A stretch of DNA of 38,850 nt from a virus (Duplodnaviria > Caudoviricetes). The DNA lies in the IMG/VR virus record IMGVR_UViG_3300030433_001316, positions 1-38,850 of that record; one strand, written 5' to 3'. This document shows positions 18,810 to 26,126 of this stretch, one piece after another. Positions within the stretch are counted from its first letter, which is position 1. Every line of letters starts with the position of its first letter. The translations under genes and the position numbers were made by a program. The notes below the pieces were generated by a model. The model did not search any database. It was not told where the DNA came from and saw only the letters and a program-made list of their open reading frames with translations.

Positions 18810-19001
18810 ATGAAACGCCCTGACCCGATGATTGCCGCGAAGCCTGGTGCGGAAGACGTGCAAGCAATGGCAGCAAGAACGCTGTGGTTGGAAGAGCTGT
18901 ACTTCCTTGATGGCCGCGATCAAATCAGCCACCCTCAGCACGGTTTGTTCACTGGGCTGAGCAATAAGTACGCGTTGCTGGAAACAACTGACGGCGTCTA
19001 A
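18810..19001 (+). CDS. Hypothetical protein, cyanophage-type
   Basis: ATG 18810; WLEELYFLDGRD..SHP.HGLFTGL. Confidence 0.7.
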   Translation: MKRPDPMIAAKPGAEDVQAMAARTLWLEELYFLDGRDQISHPQHGLFTGLSNKYALLETTDGV

Positions 19002-19126
19002 TGGCTAAATCTCTGAGCGGGCAAAATTTTGTCCCTAGTAAGCCAAAGCGCACAAAACAGGGGAATGGAACACATTCAAAGCCGTCACACGGACGCAAGA
19101 AGTATCGTGGACAAGGAAAGCGTTAA
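19001..19126 (+). CDS. Small basic protein (41 aa, ...PKRTKQGNGTHSKPSHGRKKYRGQGKR)
   Basis: Read manually; TAATG coupling; YRGQG ending resembles cyanophage microproteins. Confidence 0.75.
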   Translation: MAKSLSGQNFVPSKPKRTKQGNGTHSKPSHGRKKYRGQGKR

Positions 19127-19137
19127 TTCTTCTCCAA

Positions 19138-19500
19138 ATGATCAAAGCTCTCATTGCGAGTGGTGTCGCCGTTTCAGCAGCTGCGCTGGCATCTCCTGCT
19201 CTCGCAGACGTTTACGTGAACCCTGAGTTCAATGGCGGCGCTTATGGCGACGACTGGCTTGGCGGAACGCTGAATCTGGATGTTGGATTTGAAGGCGGTT
19301 CTGGTGCCTACAGCTATTACATCCAGGGTGGTCCCGCGATTGTGATGCCTGATGGTGAAGACCAAGAGTTTGAACTTGCTGGCAAGTTTGGCGGCTCTAT
19401 TGCTGTTAGCTCCAATGCTTCCGTCTATGGAGAGCTGAGCGCCATGACTGGTGATGAGCTTTCTGTGGGCACGAAAGTTGGCTTGAAGTACAGCTTCTGA
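19138..19500 (+). CDS. Small outer-membrane beta-barrel-like protein
   Basis: Sec signal (ASPALA), alternating beta-strands, C-terminal GLKYSF signature. Confidence 0.8.
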   Translation: MIKALIASGVAVSAAALASPALADVYVNPEFNGGAYGDDWLGGTLNLDVGFEGGSGAYSYYIQGGPAIVMPDGEDQEFELAGKFGGSIAVSSNASVYGELSAMTGDELSVGTKVGLKYSF

Positions 19501-19514
19501 GCTATAACAAGCGC

Positions 19515-19566
19515 AGGTTTCTCACACAGACCGACATCAGGCTCCCGCAAGGGGGCCTTTTGTTTT
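19515..19566 (+). ncRNA. Candidate Yfr1-like small RNA
   Basis: TATAAC -10 at 19503-19508; GGTT-TCTCACACA-GACC hairpin; ends at the terminator. Confidence 0.4.
19539..19566 (+). terminator. Rho-independent terminator
   Basis: AGGCTCCC-GCAA-GGGGGCCT stem, GNRA loop, then T-rich tail. Confidence 0.88.
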
Positions 19567-19579
19567 ATCTGCAGGCATC

Positions 19580-19816
19580 ATGCAAAAGCTCTTCAACGCA
19601 ATGTCTCTGTCCGCGTTCATTATGAGCGGGACAATGGTTGTCGGATCGGTTGTGCTTTACACGCGGATTCCGGCACTGACCAAGCTTTATATGAGCGAAT
19701 TGACGCTGGAGATGACCAAGATTGTGACCAATATGTTGCCTGCTCAGATTGATGATGCGATTCCTGAGCTGCCGACAACTACTGGCCCGGCTGTGCCGAT
19801 CAAGTCACCATTTTAG
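19580..19816 (+). CDS. Membrane-anchored hypothetical protein
   Basis: N-terminal hydrophobic helix; C-terminal PELPTTTGPAVP. Confidence 0.75.
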   Translation: MQKLFNAMSLSAFIMSGTMVVGSVVLYTRIPALTKLYMSELTLEMTKIVTNMLPAQIDDAIPELPTTTGPAVPIKSPF

Positions 19817-20117
19817 TGTTGGCAGTCGGGTCATCATCTTCATGGGCTTCAGGGCCAAACCCTTCCGCCTTCACTTTCGCCATGTCCAGTTCTGGCGCGG
19901 GTGGCTCTTGTTTTTGTTCAAACGACGCCAACCATTCACGCAAAGCATCCCCAGTCGGGGTGCTCTTCGGCCATTTGACCCAGCGCAAAATCTCTTTGGT
20001 ATCGGTAAACAACCTGGCCGACTTGCCGCAAAAAACGGTGTAAACAACAGGCGGGCCTTCTCTTCTACGGTTGCGCTCAATCCACAGCTGGCCTGCTGTA
20101 AACCGCTCTGACTTCAT
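19800..20117 (-). CDS. Hypothetical protein (MKSERFTAGQLWIER...)
   Basis: ATG at 20117; globular-looking 105 aa; fills the gap between two plus-strand genes. Confidence 0.6.
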   Translation of the reverse strand: MKSERFTAGQLWIERNRRREGPPVVYTVFCGKSARLFTDTKEILRWVKWPKSTPTGDALREWLASFEQKQEPPAPELDMAKVKAEGFGPEAHEDDDPTANTKMVT

Positions 20118-20892
20118 GCCTGAAATTCCTGAGATTGGGGTCAAGACAATCAACGTGCCAGTGATCACCACTGGTCAGCCGATCCCGCCCCCAGTTTTAC
20201 CAGCGGCACCGCCTGTCACGTCAGCAGCGTTTCCGGTTATTGATATGCCTGGCTGTGTCAGGGCACGGATCACCAAGGGCCAAGGCGTTGAAACGTTTGA
20301 GGATGATCCGCGCGGGACGGTGACGTTGTGCGATGGTGCCGTGCCTGTTTTTGAAGCGCCGGACTACAGGCCGCGTGACTTCACTTGGGTTGAGCCGCCG
20401 ACCGTGCCAATAAAAAGGCCGGAGTTGGCTGCCCCGGCCCGAAGCCCTCTTCCAGAACAACCGGCCTTTGCTACCGGCAAACCCAAGATGCCAACAGATC
20501 CGCCGTGCCCTGCTTTTGGCGCAAAAGAAATCGGATCGTTTAACAAATTAGGGACAAAGATCCTCGCCGGGTATGAACTGCAGGATGGCAAGTGCGTGAA
20601 GATCTGGGATCCCGTGCCGGTTGGACAGGTGTTCAATAATTACTTGCCGGACGCTGGCCCCACGATGTCGATTGCGTTGACGGCTGCCTTTGCCACGACT
20701 GTGGCGATCTTTGCCAAACCGATTGCGTCAATCCTGCAGAAGCTGGCAAAGCCTGTGACCAAGAAAGTGGTCAAAAAGATCAACCAGAAGCTTGGCCGTG
20801 TGGCAAAACTGGAATCCTTACAGGAGCGGCGTTCTGCTCAGCGTCACCGGAATCAAGCCATTCGCGATCTAAGACGGGCTCTGGGTAAATGA
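20116..20892 (+). CDS. Pro-rich protein with Cys pairs, C-terminal TM helix and basic tail
   Basis: ATG 20116; DMPGCV...TLCD, CP...KCV; hydrophobic segment MSIALTAAFATTVAIFA. Confidence 0.8.
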   Translation: MPEIPEIGVKTINVPVITTGQPIPPPVLPAAPPVTSAAFPVIDMPGCVRARITKGQGVETFEDDPRGTVTLCDGAVPVFEAPDYRPRDFTWVEPPTVPIKRPELAAPARSPLPEQPAFATGKPKMPTDPPCPAFGAKEIGSFNKLGTKILAGYELQDGKCVKIWDPVPVGQVFNNYLPDAGPTMSIALTAAFATTVAIFAKPIASILQKLAKPVTKKVVKKINQKLGRVAKLESLQERRSAQRHRNQAIRDLRRALGK

Positions 20893-21550
20893 TCTTGTGG
20901 GTGTGCCCTTCAACAGGCACAGGCTTGAGGACAACGTCAGCGCAGATAGCAGCGAAGGGGGAGTTTTTGGCAAAGCCGTAGCCTTCTCTGATTGCGGTGG
21001 CGCAAGCCTTAAGGCGGCCCATCTCATAGTTCAGGCGTTTGTCCGCGAGGCTTTGTTCATACAGCGCCACTTGTTTTCTTGCGGCTTGCTTGCACAGGTT
21101 GATCGGGCCCCAGTCCAGCGGAACTGAAATCGTGGCTGTGACGCCAAAGTTGTTGCTGAAGTTGGACCGATAGCCCGTGCGCTGCGGCTTGTAAAACAGG
21201 ATCTTGCCGGGGTTGTCTGGAATGCCGTCTGGCCCGTCTAGCCCTGTTTCTGGGTCGATCAGTCCGAAGTTGTCGCTGTTGTCGTAGACAGGCTCTTCAT
21301 AGGTTTGATTGCTTGGGCTGCCCCAAGAGTGAACGCCGGAGACAAATGGTGAGATGTTGAGGGTTGCCCCATCACATTGGATGCCTGAGCCGTAGCTGAA
21401 CTTCTGGTACTGGCCTGGAGTCACCTGAACAGCTTGGTTGACCACTGAGCCGCTGCTGTTTGAGACAGGCGCTGCAGTTGCGCTGACCTGTGCTGCGGCT
21501 GGGGCGGTGTAGATCAGGCTGATAAGCAGGGCAGAGGCTTTCGCTCTCAT
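20780..21550 (-). CDS. Secreted/envelope protein
   Basis: Signal peptide (TAPAAA); SSGSVVNQAVQ, IQCDGATLNISPF, FGVTATISVPLD followed by a long helix. Confidence 0.8.
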   Translation of the reverse strand: MRAKASALLISLIYTAPAAAQVSATAAPVSNSSGSVVNQAVQVTPGQYQKFSYGSGIQCDGATLNISPFVSGVHSWGSPSNQTYEEPVYDNSDNFGLIDPETGLDGPDGIPDNPGKILFYKPQRTGYRSNFSNNFGVTATISVPLDWGPINLCKQAARKQVALYEQSLADKRLNYEMGRLKACATAIREGYGFAKNSPFAAICADVVLKPVPVEGHTHKIIYPEPVLDREWLDSGDAEQNAAPVRIPVLPHGQASG

Positions 21551-21933
21551 TGGCTGAACGTGCTTGTGGAGTCAGTGACGCTTTCAATCAACGTCTTGCG
21601 GTCAATGGCGACTTTTTCGATTAGCCCAGGGCCGCTGTACGTTTCCGCAAACTGAAACGCTGCGCCCGGTTCTGTTTGTACCCAAGTGGCACGGCTTGAG
21701 AGGTTCAGGTTTTTACCGCTGGCGGAGGGGCTGACGACGCCGCTTGTCGGGTTTACGCCAGTTCCACTGACGGTGTACTCATAGCCAGTGCGATAGGACT
21801 CAGACCGGATGCGTTCTGTCACGACTGTTTTTGATTCAGTCCGTGACGTGACAACGCCCTGGCTGAAGTTTGGAACCACCGGGACAGCCGCTGCCGGAGA
21901 GGCCAGCAGCAGCAAGAAAATCAGGCGAATCAC
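21547..21933 (-). CDS. Secreted beta-rich protein
   Basis: Signal peptide ASPAAA-VPVVPNF; Ser/Thr-rich strands. Confidence 0.8.
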   Translation of the reverse strand: MIRLIFLLLLASPAAAVPVVPNFSQGVVTSRTESKTVVTERIRSESYRTGYEYTVSGTGVNPTSGVVSPSASGKNLNLSSRATWVQTEPGAAFQFAETYSGPGLIEKVAIDRKTLIESVTDSTSTFSQ

Positions 21934-22424
21934 CTTACTGTCAGGTCGCTGACGACAGAAGCAACCGCAGAGGTGTTGGCCCCGCCTGCAGTAACAGTGA
22001 CGGCCCCGGCGGTTGTGATCGTGCCTGCCAAGGTTCCTGCCGTTCCTGCGGCCGTGCTGGTTACGTCTCCAAAGTTTGGAATAGTGCCAACTGTCGCAGC
22101 CGCCGTCGGGATTGCGTCACCAGCCTGATAAGACTGACTGAAGCTGAATGCTGCACCGTCAGTTGCTTGTGTTGCTGTGATGGCGGTGAAGGCGTTGACC
22201 CCATCAGTCGGGGCGCCAAGTCCACCGATTGATCCCGCAGTGGTTCCGTCCGTTGTGTTGATGCCGCTGCCGCTTACTGAATATGTGTTCGGAAGCCTGA
22301 CAGCACGACTAGATGCAGCGCCAACGTCCAGCTGGATACTGCTGCTGATTCTGTGGGTCAGATCAGCGTGGGCAGGCGATGCGGCCGCCAATGTGATGCC
22401 CAACACCAAAAGTGAGCGTTTCAT
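21930..22424 (-). CDS. Secreted beta-rich Gly/Ala/Thr protein
   Basis: Signal peptide ASPAHA-DLTHRISSSIQL. Confidence 0.8.
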   Translation of the reverse strand: MKRSLLVLGITLAAASPAHADLTHRISSSIQLDVGAASSRAVRLPNTYSVSGSGINTTDGTTAGSIGGLGAPTDGVNAFTAITATQATDGAAFSFSQSYQAGDAIPTAAATVGTIPNFGDVTSTAAGTAGTLAGTITTAGAVTVTAGGANTSAVASVVSDLTVR

Positions 22425-22690
22425 TTTGGCTTTGAGACGGATGGTTCTTGCTTAATTGTAGGTTCCTCTTTTTTCTTCCTATTGTTGCCAACTGCTAAAC
22501 CGAACGACGCGGCAGTTCCTGACAAGATTGAGGCCGGATAGGTGGGGTCAAGTGATTGCTTGAACACCCCTAGGTAGTTGGCAGTCAAGATCGCCATTGC
22601 CCAGCCGAGCAACACAATCTTGACAACATCACCAAGCCGCGAGTTTCCATCCTCTTGCTCTTGGCCTTGCGTTTCCTTGGGCTCTGCCAT
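22421..22690 (-). CDS. Two-TM small membrane protein
   Basis: VVKIVLLGWAMAILTANYL and DPTYPASILSGTAASFGL segments. Confidence 0.75.
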   Translation of the reverse strand: MAEPKETQGQEQEDGNSRLGDVVKIVLLGWAMAILTANYLGVFKQSLDPTYPASILSGTAASFGLAVGNNRKKKEEPTIKQEPSVSKPK

Positions 22691-22714
22691 GATGCGTGAA
22701 GTTGCGGGCGGGTG

Positions 22715-22966
22715 ATGGTTGAAGTCTGGGCCGCCGTTGCCGGGGCGTCAATCACGGTGGCGGGCTTGGGAGCCTCAGGGATTAGTCGTCAGAACCGGAA
22801 CGGTCAAGACTCGCTAATTAGGCTCACGGCTGCTGTTGATAACCTCTCGGGCCGTTTGGATATTTTGCACAACGACATCAAGACTAAGGACATGGAAGTG
22901 TTCGCCAGGCTGAACGAATTAGAGCGGTCTGTTGCCCGATTGGAAGGCCACACAGATAGGCACTAA
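22715..22966 (+). CDS. TM plus coiled-coil protein, possible holin-like
   Basis: N-terminal hydrophobic helix, heptad tail RLNELERSVARLEG; upstream of the peptidase. Confidence 0.65.
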   Translation: MVEVWAAVAGASITVAGLGASGISRQNRNGQDSLIRLTAAVDNLSGRLDILHNDIKTKDMEVFARLNELERSVARLEGHTDRH

Positions 22967-22993
22967 CGTATTGGTGCTGTTGGATGTAGCCCA

Positions 22994-23167
22994 ATGCTTT
23001 TAATCCTCAAGCCAATCCTGATGACCGCGTGGAAATCACGGGCGTTCAAGGAGTTGATCGTGGCAATGCTTGAGCGGGTTGTTTCTCAAACTGACAACGA
23101 CCTTGACGACCTTGCCGTGAAGCACGTTCGGCAAATGCTGCTCCCTGACACGAGAGTTGAAAAATAA
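22994..23167 (+). CDS. Small protein (57 aa, MLLILKPIL...QTDNDLDDLAV)
   Basis: Read manually; TDN..DD motif; lies in the lysis region. Confidence 0.75.
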   Translation: MLLILKPILMTAWKSRAFKELIVAMLERVVSQTDNDLDDLAVKHVRQMLLPDTRVEK

Positions 23168-23170
23168 AGC

Positions 23171-23911
23171 GTGTCAGGCATCATCCAAGCAGCGTTGCTG
23201 CTGTTGATCATGGGGCTCGCCTTGCTTCCCTTTTTTGAATTTTTCAAGAGGGACGTGCCCCATCGTGCGGCTGCCGTGAAAATTTTGGAGGATTCGCTGC
23301 CTCGTGAGCTTTTAGAAGAAGACAGTGCATGGATTCAAGCGTGGAAGGCTGGTGGCATTGACCAAGAGGTACATATGCCCCGGTACTTTCGTCAGCTGGA
23401 TCTGCCCAATGGGGCGCGGATGTGTTTCACCAGTGCAGCGGCGATGGTCGCGGTGCATCACAAAAAGGTCCACACCCAAGAGGAGTACAGCAGGATCAGG
23501 GCCAAGTTTGGCGACACCACTTCCATCGGGGCCCATGTCAAAGCATTGACCAGCCTTGGGCTGACAGTCACGTTTACGCAGTCAGCAGACGCCGATGACG
23601 TGATGGAAGCCATTGATAACGGTATTCCTGTGTTGGTGGGCTGGCTGCACCAGGGCAACATGCTCCGCGGAGAACCGCCAATGTGCAGCAGCAAAACATG
23701 TGGACATTGGTCGGTGATCCACGGTTACAGCGGACGCTACAGCAATGACCCAAGCTGGCTTATGTCAGATCCGGCAGGGGTGCCATACATAGAAGAAGGC
23801 GGGCACAACTCAGCACTTTCTGGCTATCGCGTCAGCGTGCGGCAGGCAGCTTTCTATCAACGCTGGCAAGCTGAAGGCCCTAAGTCTGGCTGGGCCATAT
23901 TTGCTGAGTAG
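23171..23911 (+). CDS. C39-like papain-fold peptidase, probable endolysin
   Basis: YFRQLD...MCFTSAAAM (Cys), GHWSVIHGY (His), DP (Asp); N-terminal hydrophobic segment. Confidence 0.78.
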   Translation: MSGIIQAALLLLIMGLALLPFFEFFKRDVPHRAAAVKILEDSLPRELLEEDSAWIQAWKAGGIDQEVHMPRYFRQLDLPNGARMCFTSAAAMVAVHHKKVHTQEEYSRIRAKFGDTTSIGAHVKALTSLGLTVTFTQSADADDVMEAIDNGIPVLVGWLHQGNMLRGEPPMCSSKTCGHWSVIHGYSGRYSNDPSWLMSDPAGVPYIEEGGHNSALSGYRVSVRQAAFYQRWQAEGPKSGWAIFAE

Positions 23912-23932
23912 GATTGATTTTTCGTTTCCAAT

Positions 23933-24451
23933 ATGGCGGTTTTGTGTGACTGGGAAATCAAAGCCCGCTGTGTAAAAGGCGGGATGGTTGTCCCATTTGA
24001 CCCGGAGCTGCTGAACCCTGCGAGCTTGGATGTGCGCTTGGGCTCGCATTTGATGATTGAAAGCATCTACAGCCCTGAGCTAGTCCGCATCAACATCGCC
24101 AGCAAAACAGAAGATGACCCGTTCATGCTTCAGCCCGGCGAGTTTTGCTTGGCTGAAACAGTTGAGCTGTTTAACTTGCCCGACGATGTCAGCTGTCAAT
24201 TTGTACTCAAATCAAGCCGCGCACGATCTGGTCTTAATCACTTGCTTGCTGGCTGGTGCGATCCGGGTTGGCACGGATCAAAACTGACATTGGAACTAAA
24301 AAATGAACGCCTGCATCACCCCTTGGCATTGTTCCCTGGCTTGAAGATTGGACAGATGGTCTTTCACGCAATGTCCAACACGCCGATGCACAGCTACCGA
24401 GAAACAGGCCACTACAACAACCACTTGACAGTGATGCCATCTGTGGCCTGA
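23933..24451 (+). CDS. dcd: dCTP deaminase
   Basis: NPASLDVRLG, KSSRARSGL, AGWCDPGWHG, LTLEL, IGQMVF. Confidence 0.92.
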   Translation: MAVLCDWEIKARCVKGGMVVPFDPELLNPASLDVRLGSHLMIESIYSPELVRINIASKTEDDPFMLQPGEFCLAETVELFNLPDDVSCQFVLKSSRARSGLNHLLAGWCDPGWHGSKLTLELKNERLHHPLALFPGLKIGQMVFHAMSNTPMHSYRETGHYNNHLTVMPSVA

Positions 24452-24474
24452 ATAAAAAAAGACTCCTCAGGGCT

Positions 24475-24693
24475 ATGGGCTGGGCTGACTGGATGGTCGT
24501 AAACCAAAGCCTTGAGGAGGAACTGCAGCTTGAGCAGCATGTGCGTGAAGTCAAAAGCTGCGGAGATCATGAGGCCTTGCAGGCTTTGTGCGTTTCCTTG
24601 GTCCGAACAAATTGGCATCAGGCAAAGCTGCTGAGCCAAGCGGTAGCGCACATTGGTGAAATGGATGCAAACATGATCTGTGCGGAGACCTGA
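24475..24693 (+). CDS. Hypothetical protein
   Basis: 72 aa, helical. Confidence 0.65.
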   Translation: MGWADWMVVNQSLEEELQLEQHVREVKSCGDHEALQALCVSLVRTNWHQAKLLSQAVAHIGEMDANMICAET

Positions 24694-24710
24694 TTGGTTT
24701 CCTATGATCT

Positions 24711-24802
24711 TTGTCTCACCCTGAAAAACGGGCGAGGACAAGTGACCTGCAGCGGATCAGGTGTGAGGGGCGTAAGGCGCGCGAGCCTGTCTCAGTCCGC
24801 AA
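24711..24802. ncRNA. Candidate structured RNA in a convergent intergenic region
   Basis: Three hairpins plus GCGGA/TCCGC pseudoknot potential; TATGAT at 24703. Confidence 0.4.
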
Positions 24803-24958
24803 TTATTTTCTGATGGTTGCACGGTGCAACCTGAGGCAAGACTCAAAGTGCCACTGGGCCTGCCAGTCGTTTTTGAAGTAACGGGTCATGCCAGCGTGGC
24901 TGACTTCCCATTGCTGGATGCCGTCTTTCCAGACTTGCTTGATGGTTGGTCTAGTCAT
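24803..24958 (-). CDS. Hypothetical protein (MTRPTIKQVWKDG...)
   Basis: 51 aa; last gene of the minus-strand operon. Confidence 0.6.
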   Translation of the reverse strand: MTRPTIKQVWKDGIQQWEVSHAGMTRYFKNDWQAQWHFESCLRLHRATIRK

Positions 24959-25005
24959 TGTTTGGCGGGGACTTACGCAGAACGCCAGCACTGCTGCCCC
25001 GGTTG

Positions 25006-25323
25006 TCAGAAGTCGTCGTCAGATTCTGCCTTCCTCGCAGGCAGGGTGAAGTCAGATACGTTGAGCTGCAGGCTGTAACCCTTGCCGCCATCCTTGCGGT
25101 CATACTCTTGCAGCTTGCCCTGACCACAAACGGTGATCTTGTCGCCTTTGTGCATGTATTGCATAACGGTGTCAGCCCGCTTGCCCCAGACTTGGCAGTT
25201 GATCCAAGTGGTTTCATCCTTGCCGGTGCGTGTAGCAAGGCTGAAGTTGGCGACCTGTGAACTGCTAGTTTCCTTGAGTTCTGGGTCCCTGCCGATGTTG
25301 CCGTGTGCGGTGATGTTGAGCAT
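25006..25323 (-). CDS. ssb: Single-stranded DNA-binding protein
   Basis: GNIGRDPEL, TTWINCQVWGKRA, KGDKITVCG; acidic DDDF tail. Confidence 0.93.
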   Translation of the reverse strand: MLNITAHGNIGRDPELKETSSSQVANFSLATRTGKDETTWINCQVWGKRADTVMQYMHKGDKITVCGQGKLQEYDRKDGGKGYSLQLNVSDFTLPARKAESDDDF

Positions 25324-25484
25324 TACTTGAAAAACTTGGAGAGGATGATTTTGAGAGCTTGGTTTTGGTTGTAGTCGCGTGACTCCATGAAGTGACGCAA
25401 CTTGTCTGCCAGCTGATCGTCCAGACGCACTTGAAAAAAATTTTTCCGGCGCTTGAGGTCAGCTTCAGCTTGGGACTGTGGCAT
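25323..25484 (-). CDS. Ribbon-helix-helix-like regulator (53 aa)
   Basis: Read manually: FFQVRLDDQLADKLRHFMESRDYNQNQALKIILSKFF; TAATG coupling to ssb. Confidence 0.7.
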   Translation of the reverse strand: MPQSQAEADLKRRKNFFQVRLDDQLADKLRHFMESRDYNQNQALKIILSKFFK

Positions 25485-25487
25485 TGA

Positions 25488-26126
25488 TCAGGCGGTGATT
25501 TCTTTCATGGCATTTTGGAGGAAAGTGCGATGGCCGTAGGTTTGGATCTTGTCTTTGACAAGTCCATCCGGGTAGTTGAACTCCTTGCGGAACCGTTTGA
25601 TTAGCTCTTGCTTGTGGTCAGGTTCCAGCTCCTTGATGACGCTGTGAAGCAGCTTCTTTTCGTCATCATTCATTGGGTCGCCGGGTTTGGGCTCTGTTGC
25701 TGGCGCTTGGCTTGTAGGGCTGGTTGGTTCAGTTTTGCGGGCAGGCCGCTTGGCTTTTTTTTCTGGCTCTGGGTCTGATTCTGCATCAGTGTCCATGTCG
25801 GCAACGATGCCCAAGATTGAGCAGATTGCGTAACGACGCTGATACGTCACAGCCTTGCCCCATTCTTGGGTTTGGTTGCGACCATCGCAGATCATCAGCT
25901 GACAAGAGCTGCTGATGGTTTCGCCGCTGGTGTGATGCAGCGTTGTGACCAATGACTGATCGTCGAAGGTCTGAACGATGGCCAGGCCGTTGGCGTGGAG
26001 TGGTGGTGTCACAGTGGAAAGCACGTTGGCAAGGTCTGCAAACTTGCCGTAGTTGGCTCGTGCGTTTTTGTCGATTTTGTCGACAGCTTTGTGAAACCCG
26101 ATCAGGGCTTTGGTGAGTTCAGACAT
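25488..26126 (-). CDS. erf: ERF-family single-strand annealing protein
   Basis: YGKFADLANVL, TTLHHTSGE, QEWGKAVTYQRRYAICSILGI. Confidence 0.88.
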   Translation of the reverse strand: MSELTKALIGFHKAVDKIDKNARANYGKFADLANVLSTVTPPLHANGLAIVQTFDDQSLVTTLHHTSGETISSSCQLMICDGRNQTQEWGKAVTYQRRYAICSILGIVADMDTDAESDPEPEKKAKRPARKTEPTSPTSQAPATEPKPGDPMNDDEKKLLHSVIKELEPDHKQELIKRFRKEFNYPDGLVKDKIQTYGHRTFLQNAMKEITA

